From an uncultured Thermotogaceae bacterium (GTDB lineage: Bacteria > Thermotogota > Thermotogae > MWEM01): a stretch of 64,000 bases of DNA. Numbering within the stretch: position 1 is the stretch's first letter; the number at the start of each line of letters is the position of its first letter. The notes under the pieces are model-generated. The model made no database searches and had not been told where the DNA came from. It saw only the letters and a program-made list of their open reading frames with translations. Below are positions 45,823-55,664 of the stretch, piece after piece. The position numbers and the translations under genes are program-made. The stretch covers positions 9,691 through 73,690 of the forward strand of contig CAZOJQ010000005.1 of NCBI GenBank assembly GCA_964580185.1, read 5' to 3'.

Positions 45823-47022
45823 TCACTCGTTTTTTTTGAATGAAATTTTATTGGAATTGAATATAATTTTAAATATTATGGAAAAATAAATAACGCTGAA
45901 AACAAAAACCATAGTAAACAAAAAAATAAAAGTATAAAAGATTGTTTTCAGGATAGATGATTTGAGCAAAACAGAATGAAAAGATATTTCAATTGCTACT
46001 ATTGTTGAGACAACGGCCAACGGAACCAAGAAGAAGATCGATTGAAAGATGAACAAAGAAGAGACAACAAGAGAAAAAACCAATGTGCCAAGGGATATGG
46101 CCAAATACTCATGGAGCAGATAATAAGGGATCCCATGGGTCAACCAGTTAATCCTCTGGCGAATAAACCCTTTGAAGGTTTCTGGAGCTCGTTCGTGCGC
46201 AAATAGCGTATAAAAGTACTCGATCCGTTGTGTTTTCTCTTTGATCTTTTTGAACAGGTAGTGGTCATCGCTTATGGCTGTCTTATGGTAAGAAAAACCG
46301 CTGACAACCGATTGGCGGACGATATACCCTGATCCTGCAAACACCCATGGCTGCAATCGGAGAACCTTCAACCCCATCTCCATCCATTCATCCACTTCAG
46401 CCAACCGATACGTAAACAGCGGTTTTTGATCGTTTCTACGGGCAAAGTGGAGCACATCGATTTCTTGGGAACCCATCGCGCTGATGGCTTTGCGAAAATC
46501 CCCCCACTCAATAATGGTATCGGCGTCAATATCTACGAAAAAATCCGTATCGACAGTTTGAAAGGCATGCTCACGGGCCAACCCCTTGGGGTGAACAAAG
46601 GTGTCTTTTTTGGGCAGTTTGCGAATGGTTAATCGATCGCTATATTGGGTTTGCAGTTCCATCAGCAATTCATAGGTATTATCAGTTGAGTAATTGTCAT
46701 ACACAACCATCCGTACATTGGACGGAAACTGCATATAATGATGGACTGTCTGCTGAATGGTCGTATTTTCATTGAAACACACCGAAAAAACGCAGATTCT
46801 GAGCGATGGATCCATATGGTCCTTGGCATACGCGGATTTTTCCGTTCGAATTCTCTTCGATAGACGAGATGTCATGATCCAAAGGATGATCAGGAAAACG
46901 GCAATGGCAAAAATCGCCGAAACCAACGGATGGTTGTACCGGGTGAACACGCACAAAAGAATGGACAGGACGCTGATTGCGACTTGACCGACAGCTTTGA
47001 TTCGAATCTGTTTCACTAGCAA
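45823..47022 (-). CDS. Membrane glycosyltransferase family 2
   Basis: N-terminal TMs, 'FNE', 'DNYSTD', DxD (DIDAD), a QxxRW-like 'QRINW', and C-terminal TMs. Confidence 0.8.
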   Translation of the reverse strand: MLVKQIRIKAVGQVAISVLSILLCVFTRYNHPLVSAIFAIAVFLIILWIMTSRLSKRIRTEKSAYAKDHMDPSLRICVFSVCFNENTTIQQTVHHYMQFPSNVRMVVYDNYSTDNTYELLMELQTQYSDRLTIRKLPKKDTFVHPKGLAREHAFQTVDTDFFVDIDADTIIEWGDFRKAISAMGSQEIDVLHFARRNDQKPLFTYRLAEVDEWMEMGLKVLRLQPWVFAGSGYIVRQSVVSGFSYHKTAISDDHYLFKKIKEKTQRIEYFYTLFAHERAPETFKGFIRQRINWLTHGIPYYLLHEYLAISLGTLVFSLVVSSLFIFQSIFFLVPLAVVSTIVAIEISFHSVLLKSSILKTIFYTFIFLFTMVFVFSVIYFSIIFKIIFNSNKISFKKNE

Positions 47023-47056
47023 AGACCTCCTCTATCTTGAACCCAAGTAGGGAAAA

Positions 47057-48196
47057 CTAAAACCCAATCATTGCTTTTCGCAAACGGCCGGGGATTTTCT
47101 GGGCTGCAGTTCCGATTGCATAGGGCACAAAAAGACCGGAACCAGCCAAAATCATAAGGCGAAAAAAAGGATGCAACGGAAACCCAGCCAAACCTTCGAT
47201 CGCCATGAGAATAAACCATTGAAAAGGCAAATGCAATAGGAAGATTAACAGCGAATGTTTGCCGAACCGCATGAGCCATCGGTGCCACAGGGTGGTGATT
47301 CCTCTTGCCATCCGTTCTGTTTGGCGGATGACATAACGCACGATGATGACCAGAAAGACCAATCCAAAGAGAAATCCAGACAAGGTAAACTGGTCAATGA
47401 CCAATACCCCACCCCATTTTCGGAGCAAAAACACCAATTCAAAGGAACCGAATGCCCACAAAATCAAAAACAGAAAGGATTCAAGCCATGATTTTTTTGG
47501 AAGCACTCCGGTTTTTTTCGTCCCAAGATAAAAGCCGAAATAGAAGGCAAAAGCCCAAGCAATCGGGTTGGGATAGATAAAGGCGCTCATGAATGGAAGG
47601 GGAATTTGATCTGGCCGACCCATCCAGAGGATTAGCGTAATGACAGTCAAAAAACTCGCATGGAACATAAGCATGAATCGGGTGGTTTTCCATAATTGAC
47701 CTTCTGATTGATGTCGAATTCGGTAGGCATACCATTGAAAAAAAAGATAAATGCCTAGAAAATAGTATTGCCAGCTGATCATAAAACTGCCCATCGATGC
47801 AATGTACTGGATCAACAAGGGTAAGTTTCCATAAAGACCCCGTCCGGTAAACGGATACCAAAAGGGTTCTTTCAGGATCAGGTAGAGGATAAAAGAAATT
47901 GAGGCCCAGAAGAGATATGGGTAGAGGATGTTTGTCACCCGCTGGATCACTTGAGCCCGCGAAATACGCTTTTTCTTCAACCCTTGACCATACCCCATCA
48001 AGATAACGAAGAAAAACACACAAGGCGCAGTGAGCTTCCCTACGATTCCAGCAACGATTTGCTCGGAAAGCTGGAGATTATCAATAATCAAGGCAATGGA
48101 ATGACCAAGGACGACCATTGAGATGGCCAATCCACGCAACATTGTTTGCGCCCCGAGGCTCAACACTCTGGGTTGGTTGTTCATCGGATCGTTCAT
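47057..48196 (-). CDS. Acyltransferase-3 (OafA-like) membrane O-acyltransferase
   Basis: 'LRGLAISMVVLGH', about 10 TMs, 'WQYYFL', and 'FGKHSLLIFLLH'. Confidence 0.8.
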   Translation of the reverse strand: MNDPMNNQPRVLSLGAQTMLRGLAISMVVLGHSIALIIDNLQLSEQIVAGIVGKLTAPCVFFFVILMGYGQGLKKKRISRAQVIQRVTNILYPYLFWASISFILYLILKEPFWYPFTGRGLYGNLPLLIQYIASMGSFMISWQYYFLGIYLFFQWYAYRIRHQSEGQLWKTTRFMLMFHASFLTVITLILWMGRPDQIPLPFMSAFIYPNPIAWAFAFYFGFYLGTKKTGVLPKKSWLESFLFLILWAFGSFELVFLLRKWGGVLVIDQFTLSGFLFGLVFLVIIVRYVIRQTERMARGITTLWHRWLMRFGKHSLLIFLLHLPFQWFILMAIEGLAGFPLHPFFRLMILAGSGLFVPYAIGTAAQKIPGRLRKAMIGF

Positions 48197-48250
48197 ATCT
48201 TCTTTTCCTCCAAAAGCAAAGCGGGCCGATCCAAATCCCTTATATCGTGA

Positions 48251-49120
48251 TCAATGAATCGGCAGGATAAAGAGGAAGGTAAATCCCACCGAGAATCCTT
48301 GCGATCCAAAAGTGATGCCAATCTCTGGGTCTGGAGGAGAAATCCGAATGGAGTACCCGACAAAGCTTTTCATTACGAAGTTTGGAGTATCCCAGATGTA
48401 CTCCAAGCCAATCCCAATCAGACTGTTTGGATACAACGGAAACCATTCGTACGTATACCGCACATCATCATCAATACCGGTAAAGGCTCTCCAAGAACTC
48501 ATTTGAAAACGGTATTCGCCCATCAGACGAAGAAAAGGATTGACCAATCCTTCTATGCCCATGCCAACGTATGTTTGGCCGATTTCTTGCGATTCGCCTT
48601 CAGGATCAGTCATAAACTGAGGGGATACAAGAATGTTGTACCCTGCTGAAAACCGAAAGGGAGGCAGCGACTTTTTCAATACCATATTCATCGTATACGA
48701 TTCAACAAATGGCCGACTTTGCGATCCTTGCAAGGATAAGGGAACCATCACGGCAACGCTGAACTCAGGCCATATCAATTGCTCGGGTAGGCTGAAATAC
48801 CCCCCCAACCAAGGCCAGCTTCCAATGAGCGTAAGATCGCCTGGAAGGCCCGCTTTGATTCCAATTGAACCAGGGACGATTGCCAAACCTTCTGTATCCG
48901 GTGATATGCGGCTTAGGTTATCGACATCTGCAAAGGAGCCAACAAAAAACTCGATTTGTAGAGGGCGTGGGCTCCGATAATCGTAGGTGAATGAAAAAGG
49001 CAGCATCGGGTTCATCGTCTGCAGGGCATTGATATGGGATTCGATCTGATCGCCCTGAGCGCAAACTATGGGAATCATTAGAACAAACAGTACCAGGATC
49101 ACACCGCACACGTTTTTCAT
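48251..49120 (-). CDS. Secreted protein, predicted outer-envelope beta-barrel
   Basis: Signal peptide ending VCA-Q. Many alternating hydrophobic/aromatic beta-strand-like segments (FRFSAGYNI, YVGMGIEG, LRLMGEYRFQ, IGIGLEYIW, FSVGFTFLF). Confidence 0.55.
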   Translation of the reverse strand: MKNVCGVILVLFVLMIPIVCAQGDQIESHINALQTMNPMLPFSFTYDYRSPRPLQIEFFVGSFADVDNLSRISPDTEGLAIVPGSIGIKAGLPGDLTLIGSWPWLGGYFSLPEQLIWPEFSVAVMVPLSLQGSQSRPFVESYTMNMVLKKSLPPFRFSAGYNILVSPQFMTDPEGESQEIGQTYVGMGIEGLVNPFLRLMGEYRFQMSSWRAFTGIDDDVRYTYEWFPLYPNSLIGIGLEYIWDTPNFVMKSFVGYSIRISPPDPEIGITFGSQGFSVGFTFLFILPIH

Positions 49121-49153
49121 TAAATCGGTCCTTTCGTTCGTTCCGACATAGGG

Positions 49154-50398
49154 TTAATCAATCCGGTGGATAATCAACCCGCTTTTGAGTTTGGGCTCAA
49201 ACCATGTGGATTTTGGCGGCATCACTTGCTCTGCGTCAGCTACATTCAATAGTTCCTCCATGGAGGTGGGAAACAGGGAAAACCCAATATCGGCATTCTG
49301 ATCCACTTCATCTTGAAGCGCATTCAACCCTCGGATCCCCCCGATAAAGGAGATGCGGGAATCAGTTCGGGGGTCTTCGATTCCCAATACAGGGTTGAGT
49401 AAGTGATTCTGAAGAATCGCTACATCTAGAGAAAGAATAGGGTCAGATTCATCAACAAGGGTCTCTTTCGCTTTCAAGCAAAACCACTTGCCTTGGCAAT
49501 ACATGCCGAATTCATGCCGATTCCGTGGAGAATACGGACTTTGGGGCGCCTCATATATGCTGAACCCTTCGGCAATCCGGTTGATCAATCCCTCAAAGCT
49601 CCATCCATTCAGCCCTTTAATAATCCGATTGTAGTCCAGGATCTTTAAGTGGGTGTGTGGGAACGCGACTGCCATAAAAAAATTATATTCTTCCGTACCA
49701 TTATGATTCGGATTTTTGGATGCCATAATGTTGCATACACGTGAAGAAGAAGCGGCCCGGTGATGGCCATCCGCAATGTACAACTCCGGAATCTCATGAA
49801 AGAAGGAGACGATGCGCTCAATCTGTTGAGGGGTTCGAATGATCCATAAAAGGTGACGGGCTTCTTCCGAATCGATGAAATCATAATCCGCTTCGTTGTG
49901 GGTAAGGGACTCGATCAAATCGTCGGTATTTTCTTTGGAACGAAAGGCCAGGAACACTTGGCCCGTTTGCGCCCCAGTCGTGAGGATGTGGTTGACACGA
50001 TCATCCTCTTTTTCCTTGCGAGTAAATTCGTGTTTTCTGATCCGATTCTTCTCGTATTCACGGACCGAAAAACACCCTCCAAAGCCTGTCTGCATTCTGC
50101 CCTGCCAGACTTGCCGATACAAAAATAAAACCGGTTCATCTTCTTGGATCAATATCTGATCGGAGATGAATCGTTCCAGATTCTCTTTGGCTTTTGTGTA
50201 AATTTTTGGGTCGTACGGATGGATTTCTTTGGGCAAATCCACTTCCGATTTGACCACATGCAAAAACGACAAGGGTTTTCCTTGCACCTCGATTCTTGCC
50301 TCGTCAGAATTGATGACATCATACGGTTTTGCAGCTACATCGGCGCTATGCTCCTTTTTGGGACGCAAAGCGCGAAATGGACGAATCAGTGCCATCAT
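49154..50398 (-). CDS. DUF1015-family protein (ParB-like fold)
   Basis: 'IRPFRALRP', 'PYDVIN', 'IRKHEFTRKEKEDDR', 'YIADGHHRAA' and 'MPPKSTWFEPKL'. Confidence 0.9.
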   Translation of the reverse strand: MMALIRPFRALRPKKEHSADVAAKPYDVINSDEARIEVQGKPLSFLHVVKSEVDLPKEIHPYDPKIYTKAKENLERFISDQILIQEDEPVLFLYRQVWQGRMQTGFGGCFSVREYEKNRIRKHEFTRKEKEDDRVNHILTTGAQTGQVFLAFRSKENTDDLIESLTHNEADYDFIDSEEARHLLWIIRTPQQIERIVSFFHEIPELYIADGHHRAASSSRVCNIMASKNPNHNGTEEYNFFMAVAFPHTHLKILDYNRIIKGLNGWSFEGLINRIAEGFSIYEAPQSPYSPRNRHEFGMYCQGKWFCLKAKETLVDESDPILSLDVAILQNHLLNPVLGIEDPRTDSRISFIGGIRGLNALQDEVDQNADIGFSLFPTSMEELLNVADAEQVMPPKSTWFEPKLKSGLIIHRID

Positions 50399-50904
50399 TC
50401 AACCTCCCTTTTCTTTTTTCGAAAGATTTTATGATCCACCTTTGTATGGGTTCCTTTGGAAACCAACAAATCCAATGCTTGTCGAAAAAGCATCGGGTTG
50501 AAAAACTTTCTGCATAGGACCTCATCAATCTCCTCAAGTTCTTCAAGAAGGAGGCTGATTTCTTCCGGACTCTGTATACCGGGTTGTTTGATCCACTGCT
50601 CCATCTGGCGCGAGATCCCTTCAGCCAATCTACGGTATTCATCTCCGATCAACAAGGCCTTTGCTTGGGGTGAAGAATACTGTTCCAAAGAAGCCTTCTT
50701 AACACATTCGGCAGTAAAGGTATAATTCCCGCCAACGGCAGCTTCGATCCCGATCAAGTCTCCTGGCATTGAGAACCCAATAAAAACCGGGGATTTCAGA
50801 GCAAAATAGCACGCGATTATTCCGGATTGCAATCGGTACATATGCTTACCCGGCATCCCTTGAAAAAAGAGGGTTTCTCCCGGTTCTATTCGATGAATTT
50901 CCAT
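50395..50904 (-). CDS. Compact Crp/Fnr-like protein (cNMP-binding fold plus possible HTH)
   Basis: 'GETLFFQG...MYRLQSG', 'PGDLIG', 'TAEC' and C-terminal 'FRQALDLLVSKG'. Confidence 0.65.
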   Translation of the reverse strand: MEIHRIEPGETLFFQGMPGKHMYRLQSGIIACYFALKSPVFIGFSMPGDLIGIEAAVGGNYTFTAECVKKASLEQYSSPQAKALLIGDEYRRLAEGISRQMEQWIKQPGIQSPEEISLLLEELEEIDEVLCRKFFNPMLFRQALDLLVSKGTHTKVDHKIFRKKKREVE

Positions 50905-50919
50905 AGCAGCCTCGTTGCG

Positions 50920-52314
50920 TTAATCCGCCCACTGATAGCCAGTCGTTCCATCCCCTTCGTCCAATAGAGTGATCCCTAAGGATCCCAAATAATCTCGAAT
51001 TCGATCTGCTTCCGCGAAATCCTTCTGCTTCCTTGCTCTTGAGCGCCGGTCGATATAGTCTTGAATCAAAGTTCGAATGAGTTGATCCGATCCTCTCGCA
51101 AGTGATTCATCGGGACTATCGAACAACCCTAACACTTCAGAGAAATATTCTGTGATAAGATAATGGGATTCTTTGAGGCGTTCCAGATTCGCGCGATCCG
51201 AGCGTGAAAGCTCAAAAATCTGAGAAATGGCTTTGGGTGTATTGAAATCATCTCGAAGGGCTTCATGAAATCGATCGATCTGATCATTCATCCAGGATGA
51301 TCGCTTCATAACGATTGGATGGGATTCCCATTGTTTTTTCCATTCCGACAGGGTTTGCCTCATCTTTTGGGCAGCTGTCTTCCAGCCAGTCAAGATCTCT
51401 TCGCTGAACTCGATGGGATTTCGATAGTGAGCCGAAAAAAAGAAAAGACGGATGGCATCCCTGCCAAAGCGATGGACCGCTTCTTGAATGGTGATGATGT
51501 TTCCGATTGATTTGGCCATCTTAGCCCCACCAGTTTGGAGCATCCCATTGTGCAACCAGTAATTGGCAAACCCTCCACGATTGAGCGCTTCACTCTGGGC
51601 TCGTTCGTTCTCATGATGCGGGAATATCAGATCATTGCCTCCCGCGTGAATGTCGAATCGGTCACCTAAAAGACCTAATGCCATACTCGAACACTCAATA
51701 TGCCAAGCGGGCCGGCCGTATCCCCATGGACTGGGCCAAGAGGGTTCGTCGGGTTTGACTGCTTTCCAAAGGGCAAAATCAGCTGGGTGCTTTTTCCGAG
51801 GGTCAATTTCGATCCGACTCCCTGCGATCATATCTTCAACTTTCCTGTGCGACAAAGCCCCGTATCCTTCGTATGAAGACACATCAAAGAAAACGTCACC
51901 TTCGATTTCATACGCATGGTTCTTGTTGATCAGGTCTTTGATGAACTGAATGATCGGTTCAAGAAAATGGGTTGTACGGGGTTGAAAATTGGCTTCTCGG
52001 ACGCCCAAGCGAAGCATATCCTTGCGAAATGCACGGATAAAGGTGTGGGTAATCGACTCAAAATCCCAGCCTTCCTGCTTCATCCGAAGGATAATCTTAT
52101 CATCGATATCGGTGAAGTTTTGCGCGTACGTAACTTGAAATCCTTCCAGCTCCAAAAACCGGCGCACACTGTCAAAGACAACTGGTGGTCTGGCATTTCC
52201 TATATGAACGGTATTATAAACGGTGGGACCGCATACATACATACTTACTTTTCCAGGTGTGATGGGAATAAACGGTCGCTTCGTTCCGGTCAACGTATCG
52301 GTAAATTGGATCAT
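50920..52314 (-). CDS. cysS: Cysteine--tRNA ligase
   Basis: CGPTVY, HIGN, GRPAWHIECS, FPHHENE and KMAKS. Confidence 0.97.
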   Translation of the reverse strand: MIQFTDTLTGTKRPFIPITPGKVSMYVCGPTVYNTVHIGNARPPVVFDSVRRFLELEGFQVTYAQNFTDIDDKIILRMKQEGWDFESITHTFIRAFRKDMLRLGVREANFQPRTTHFLEPIIQFIKDLINKNHAYEIEGDVFFDVSSYEGYGALSHRKVEDMIAGSRIEIDPRKKHPADFALWKAVKPDEPSWPSPWGYGRPAWHIECSSMALGLLGDRFDIHAGGNDLIFPHHENERAQSEALNRGGFANYWLHNGMLQTGGAKMAKSIGNIITIQEAVHRFGRDAIRLFFFSAHYRNPIEFSEEILTGWKTAAQKMRQTLSEWKKQWESHPIVMKRSSWMNDQIDRFHEALRDDFNTPKAISQIFELSRSDRANLERLKESHYLITEYFSEVLGLFDSPDESLARGSDQLIRTLIQDYIDRRSRARKQKDFAEADRIRDYLGSLGITLLDEGDGTTGYQWAD

Positions 52315-53756
52315 AATTGTTCCACAACCCGCTTAATCCGTTTGATCATTTCATTTCGACCCAAAAGATGAACCACATTGACGAGTTCCGGACCATCTTC
52401 TGTTCCGGTGATCAGTTTTCGCAGCATCTTATAAAAAGGTCTGGGTTTGGTTTTTGTTTGCTGAAGAACGGATTGAAACAACTGCTGGACCATTTCTGTC
52501 TTCCATCCATCCAGATCATCCAATTTTTCCGAAAGCAAGATAAATGCGGGTTCCAAATCCTGATCTTTCAGCTCTTCTATCCAATCTCTTTCAATTGGAG
52601 GTTCCTTGGTGAAGACTTCCATCCGTTCAGGGAATTCCGATAATTCATGCACTCGGTTCCGTACAGCTTCTATGGCCTCTCGGTACCATTTGTAATTGGC
52701 GTGCACCGCTTGAGGATCCGTATGCGTTTTTTTGAGGAATGGGATAACTTCTCGAGTCAGCTGATCTAGATCCATATTTCGAATATAATGGCCATTCATC
52801 CACCGAAGCTTGGTCTCGTCATAGATGGCCGCATTCGAACTGACACGAGTCAATTCAAACGCGTCAATCATCTCCTGGAGCTCTATGACCTCTTTTCCGT
52901 CCGGATGAGACCATCCCAGCAGGGATAGGTAGTTCACAATACTCTGAGGCATGTAACCCATTTCCCGATACTTCTCTACGGAAGTAGCCCCATGACGTTT
53001 GCTCAAACGCGCTCCATCCTGCCCCAGAATCATCGAAACATGGGCAAATTCGGGTAAAGGAAACCCAAAGGCTTCATACATGGCCAATTGGCGTAGTGTA
53101 TTGGAAAGATGATCGTCCCCTCGGATCACATGAGAGATCTTCATCAGGGCGTCGTCGATCACGCAGGCATAGTTGTAGATGGGAATCCCGTTGCTTCGAA
53201 GGATCACAAAGTCTCCAATGGTTCCCGTTTTGAACACTACCTCTCCTTTGATCAAGTCATGGAGAACATAGTCTTTCTGTTCCATTTGAAAGTAGATTAC
53301 CGGCGAAAGGCCCCGATCCGCATACTCTTTTCGCCGTTGGGGTGTGTCGAACGTGCTGATGATCTCTTTGGTATAGTGAGAAGACTCCTTATTGGCCAGC
53401 ATCTTCCCGCGCAAGCTCTCAAGTTCTTCGGGATAGACATAGGCTTCATACGCCTTTTCCTTTTTCACAAGCTCGTCCGCCATGGCCCGGTACTTGTCCA
53501 ATCGTTCCGATTGCCGATACGGTCCATACGCTCCGCCAACGTCGGGACCTTCATCCCAACTCAAACCTAACCAATGGAGGGTTTCAAGAAGAGACTGTTC
53601 GGATTCGATCGTGGAACGAGACACATCGGTATCTTCGATACGCAAAACCAAGGATCCTTTCATATGTCGAGCAAAAAGGTAGTTGAAAAGAGCTGTTCGC
53701 GCGCCACCAACATGCAGATATCCTGTAGGACTAGGTGCAAATCGAACCCGAATCAT
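52311..53756 (-). CDS. gltX: Glutamate--tRNA ligase
   Basis: 'RVRFAPSPTGYLHVGG', LRIEDTD, RGDDH and 'LSKRHGA'. Confidence 0.97.
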   Translation of the reverse strand: MIRVRFAPSPTGYLHVGGARTALFNYLFARHMKGSLVLRIEDTDVSRSTIESEQSLLETLHWLGLSWDEGPDVGGAYGPYRQSERLDKYRAMADELVKKEKAYEAYVYPEELESLRGKMLANKESSHYTKEIISTFDTPQRRKEYADRGLSPVIYFQMEQKDYVLHDLIKGEVVFKTGTIGDFVILRSNGIPIYNYACVIDDALMKISHVIRGDDHLSNTLRQLAMYEAFGFPLPEFAHVSMILGQDGARLSKRHGATSVEKYREMGYMPQSIVNYLSLLGWSHPDGKEVIELQEMIDAFELTRVSSNAAIYDETKLRWMNGHYIRNMDLDQLTREVIPFLKKTHTDPQAVHANYKWYREAIEAVRNRVHELSEFPERMEVFTKEPPIERDWIEELKDQDLEPAFILLSEKLDDLDGWKTEMVQQLFQSVLQQTKTKPRPFYKMLRKLITGTEDGPELVNVVHLLGRNEMIKRIKRVVEQL

Positions 53757-53829
53757 CCTGCTCAATCCTCCTCCAATCAAATTGATCCCAGGGATCCTTT
53801 ACCGTTTTGATTATATCATAGAAAGCCAA

Positions 53830-53859
53830 GAAAAAAAGCCTCAGTTCGAGGCTTTTTTC
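53830..53859 (-). terminator. Rho-independent terminator of the sugar ABC operon
   Basis: AAAAAAGCCTC / GAGGCTTTTTT hairpin, with a 7-T tract on the minus strand. Confidence 0.85.
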
Positions 53860-53896
53860 GTATCGATTGTAGGAAAATCCAACGGATCGGTTTGGT

Positions 53897-54766
53897 TCAA
53901 ATCCCTCCAAATCCGCTCATAACAAATCCCTTAACGTAATTTTTCTGGAGGTACAAGAAAACGATAACCATGGGAATGACTTGGTAGACAAGCGCAGCCA
54001 TCACCAAATGCTGGGTTTCTGTTGTGGAAAAAGCGAGTGTTAGTCTTGATACGCCCACCGGGAGTGTCATCAGGTGTTGCGCGTTGGTAGTCACAATCAT
54101 AGGCCACAGGAACGAGTTCCATTGACCGATAAAGGTGAGCGTGCCCAAAGTAGCAAGAGCGGGTTTGATCATCGGGAGGATAATCCTCAGATAGATCTTC
54201 CACAAACCGGCCCCGTCAATTCGCGCAGAGTCCATAAGCGCGTTGGGAATGGTCATAACAAACTGCCGGATCAGAAAAATCCCATATCCACTGACCACAA
54301 AAGGGATGATCAACGAGAGGTGATTGTCTAACCAACCGAAGTTTTTCATTAAATAGAATACAGGGATCAAAAAGATAAAAACCGGAAACATCATCGTGGA
54401 AAGAACAAATCGAAAAAGGATCTTCCGTCCCGGAAACGGGATTTTTGCAAAAGCAAATCCCGCAAGAGATCCCGTGAACAGAACCCCAAAGGTGCCGAGA
54501 CCTGCTACCAGTAGACTGTTCCCATAATAGCGCAGGATGGGAATTCTCCGGGGGATTTCCAGATAGTTCTTCCATTGCGGAGTTTCCGGAATCCAACGGG
54601 GTGGATCTGCAATCAATTCTTGAGAAGTCATCAGAGATGCTGAAAAAAGCCAAAAGAATGGCAGGATCATGCAAAAGGCTCCGATACACAAAATGGAGTA
54701 TTTTGCGACCGTTAAAACGACCCGAGATACTGGATACTTACGTCTCTTTTTCCGCAAAACCTTCAT
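53897..54766 (-). CDS. Carbohydrate ABC transporter permease (MalG-type)
   Basis: EAA loop 'LMDSARIDGA' and multiple TMs. Confidence 0.93.
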   Translation of the reverse strand: MKVLRKKRRKYPVSRVVLTVAKYSILCIGAFCMILPFFWLFSASLMTSQELIADPPRWIPETPQWKNYLEIPRRIPILRYYGNSLLVAGLGTFGVLFTGSLAGFAFAKIPFPGRKILFRFVLSTMMFPVFIFLIPVFYLMKNFGWLDNHLSLIIPFVVSGYGIFLIRQFVMTIPNALMDSARIDGAGLWKIYLRIILPMIKPALATLGTLTFIGQWNSFLWPMIVTTNAQHLMTLPVGVSRLTLAFSTTETQHLVMAALVYQVIPMVIVFLYLQKNYVKGFVMSGFGGI

Positions 54767-55643
54767 ACCCCCCTTTCCGAAAGGCTCGAAGGATCAGAAG
54801 TGTAATGACAAAGATAATGATGAAAAGGAGAAAGGCTCCAGCCGATGCGCGTCCCATCCGCATGGAGCCAAATGCGGTCTCATAGATATACCAAGAAACC
54901 GTCATGATACTCATTGCAGGGGCATTCCGGCCCATGATAAAGGGGAGATCAAAGACCTGCCATGCGCCGATCATCCCTGTAGCCATCAGAAAAAGCAAGG
55001 TAGGCTGAATCAAGGGAATGGTAATGGAGAAAAACCTCCGGAAAATACCCGCTCCGTCGATTTTTGCTGCGTCATAGTAGTCATTCGGGATATTTTTCAG
55101 CGCTGCGGTGAAAATGAGCATGGATCCACCGATTCCGGCCCAAATTGCTACCAGCATGACTGAGAAAAGAACGACATTCCCATCGGTAAGCCAGTATACT
55201 GGGCGAATTCCGAACCAACCCAAGATCTGGTTGAGAAGCCCGTTGTTGGGCCTATAGAGATAGTTCCAGATCGTTCCGATGGCTACCGAGGGTGTGACAA
55301 CGGGCGTGAAAAAGAGAAATCTCCATAGGACAGGAAAACGAGCGCTGTTTATGAGCACAGCCAGAAACAGGGAAATCCCTAAAGAAGCGCACACGGTAAT
55401 CACCGCATATAACGAAGTGTTCAATAAGGCACGTAAGAACATCTCATTTTGAAGCAGAAATTCGAAATTGTCCCAACCCAAAAACCGAGCGTCGAAGAGT
55501 GGAACCAGCATGTTCCATCTTCGAAACGAAGCGGCCAGAGAAAAGATGACCGGAAACCCGAAGAAAAAGATATAGAAGATAAGGGCGGGGCTGATGAAGC
55601 CATACCCGGATACTGCCCGAAGCCGTATGTCCCTTCTCATCAC
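54738..55643 (-). CDS. Carbohydrate ABC transporter permease (MalF-type)
   Basis: 'YYDAAKIDGA' EAA loop and 'MGRASA'. Confidence 0.93.
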   Translation of the reverse strand: MMRRDIRLRAVSGYGFISPALIFYIFFFGFPVIFSLAASFRRWNMLVPLFDARFLGWDNFEFLLQNEMFLRALLNTSLYAVITVCASLGISLFLAVLINSARFPVLWRFLFFTPVVTPSVAIGTIWNYLYRPNNGLLNQILGWFGIRPVYWLTDGNVVLFSVMLVAIWAGIGGSMLIFTAALKNIPNDYYDAAKIDGAGIFRRFFSITIPLIQPTLLFLMATGMIGAWQVFDLPFIMGRNAPAMSIMTVSWYIYETAFGSMRMGRASAGAFLLFIIIFVITLLILRAFRKGGYEGFAEKET

Positions 55644-55664
55644 TCAGTCCCGCCCTTCATCAGC

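Noticed and set aside
50920-53756. Deviant synthetase signature motifs (KMAKS in CysS, RLSKR in GltX)
   Set aside because: Single conservative substitutions; the other catalytic and Zn-binding residues are intact.
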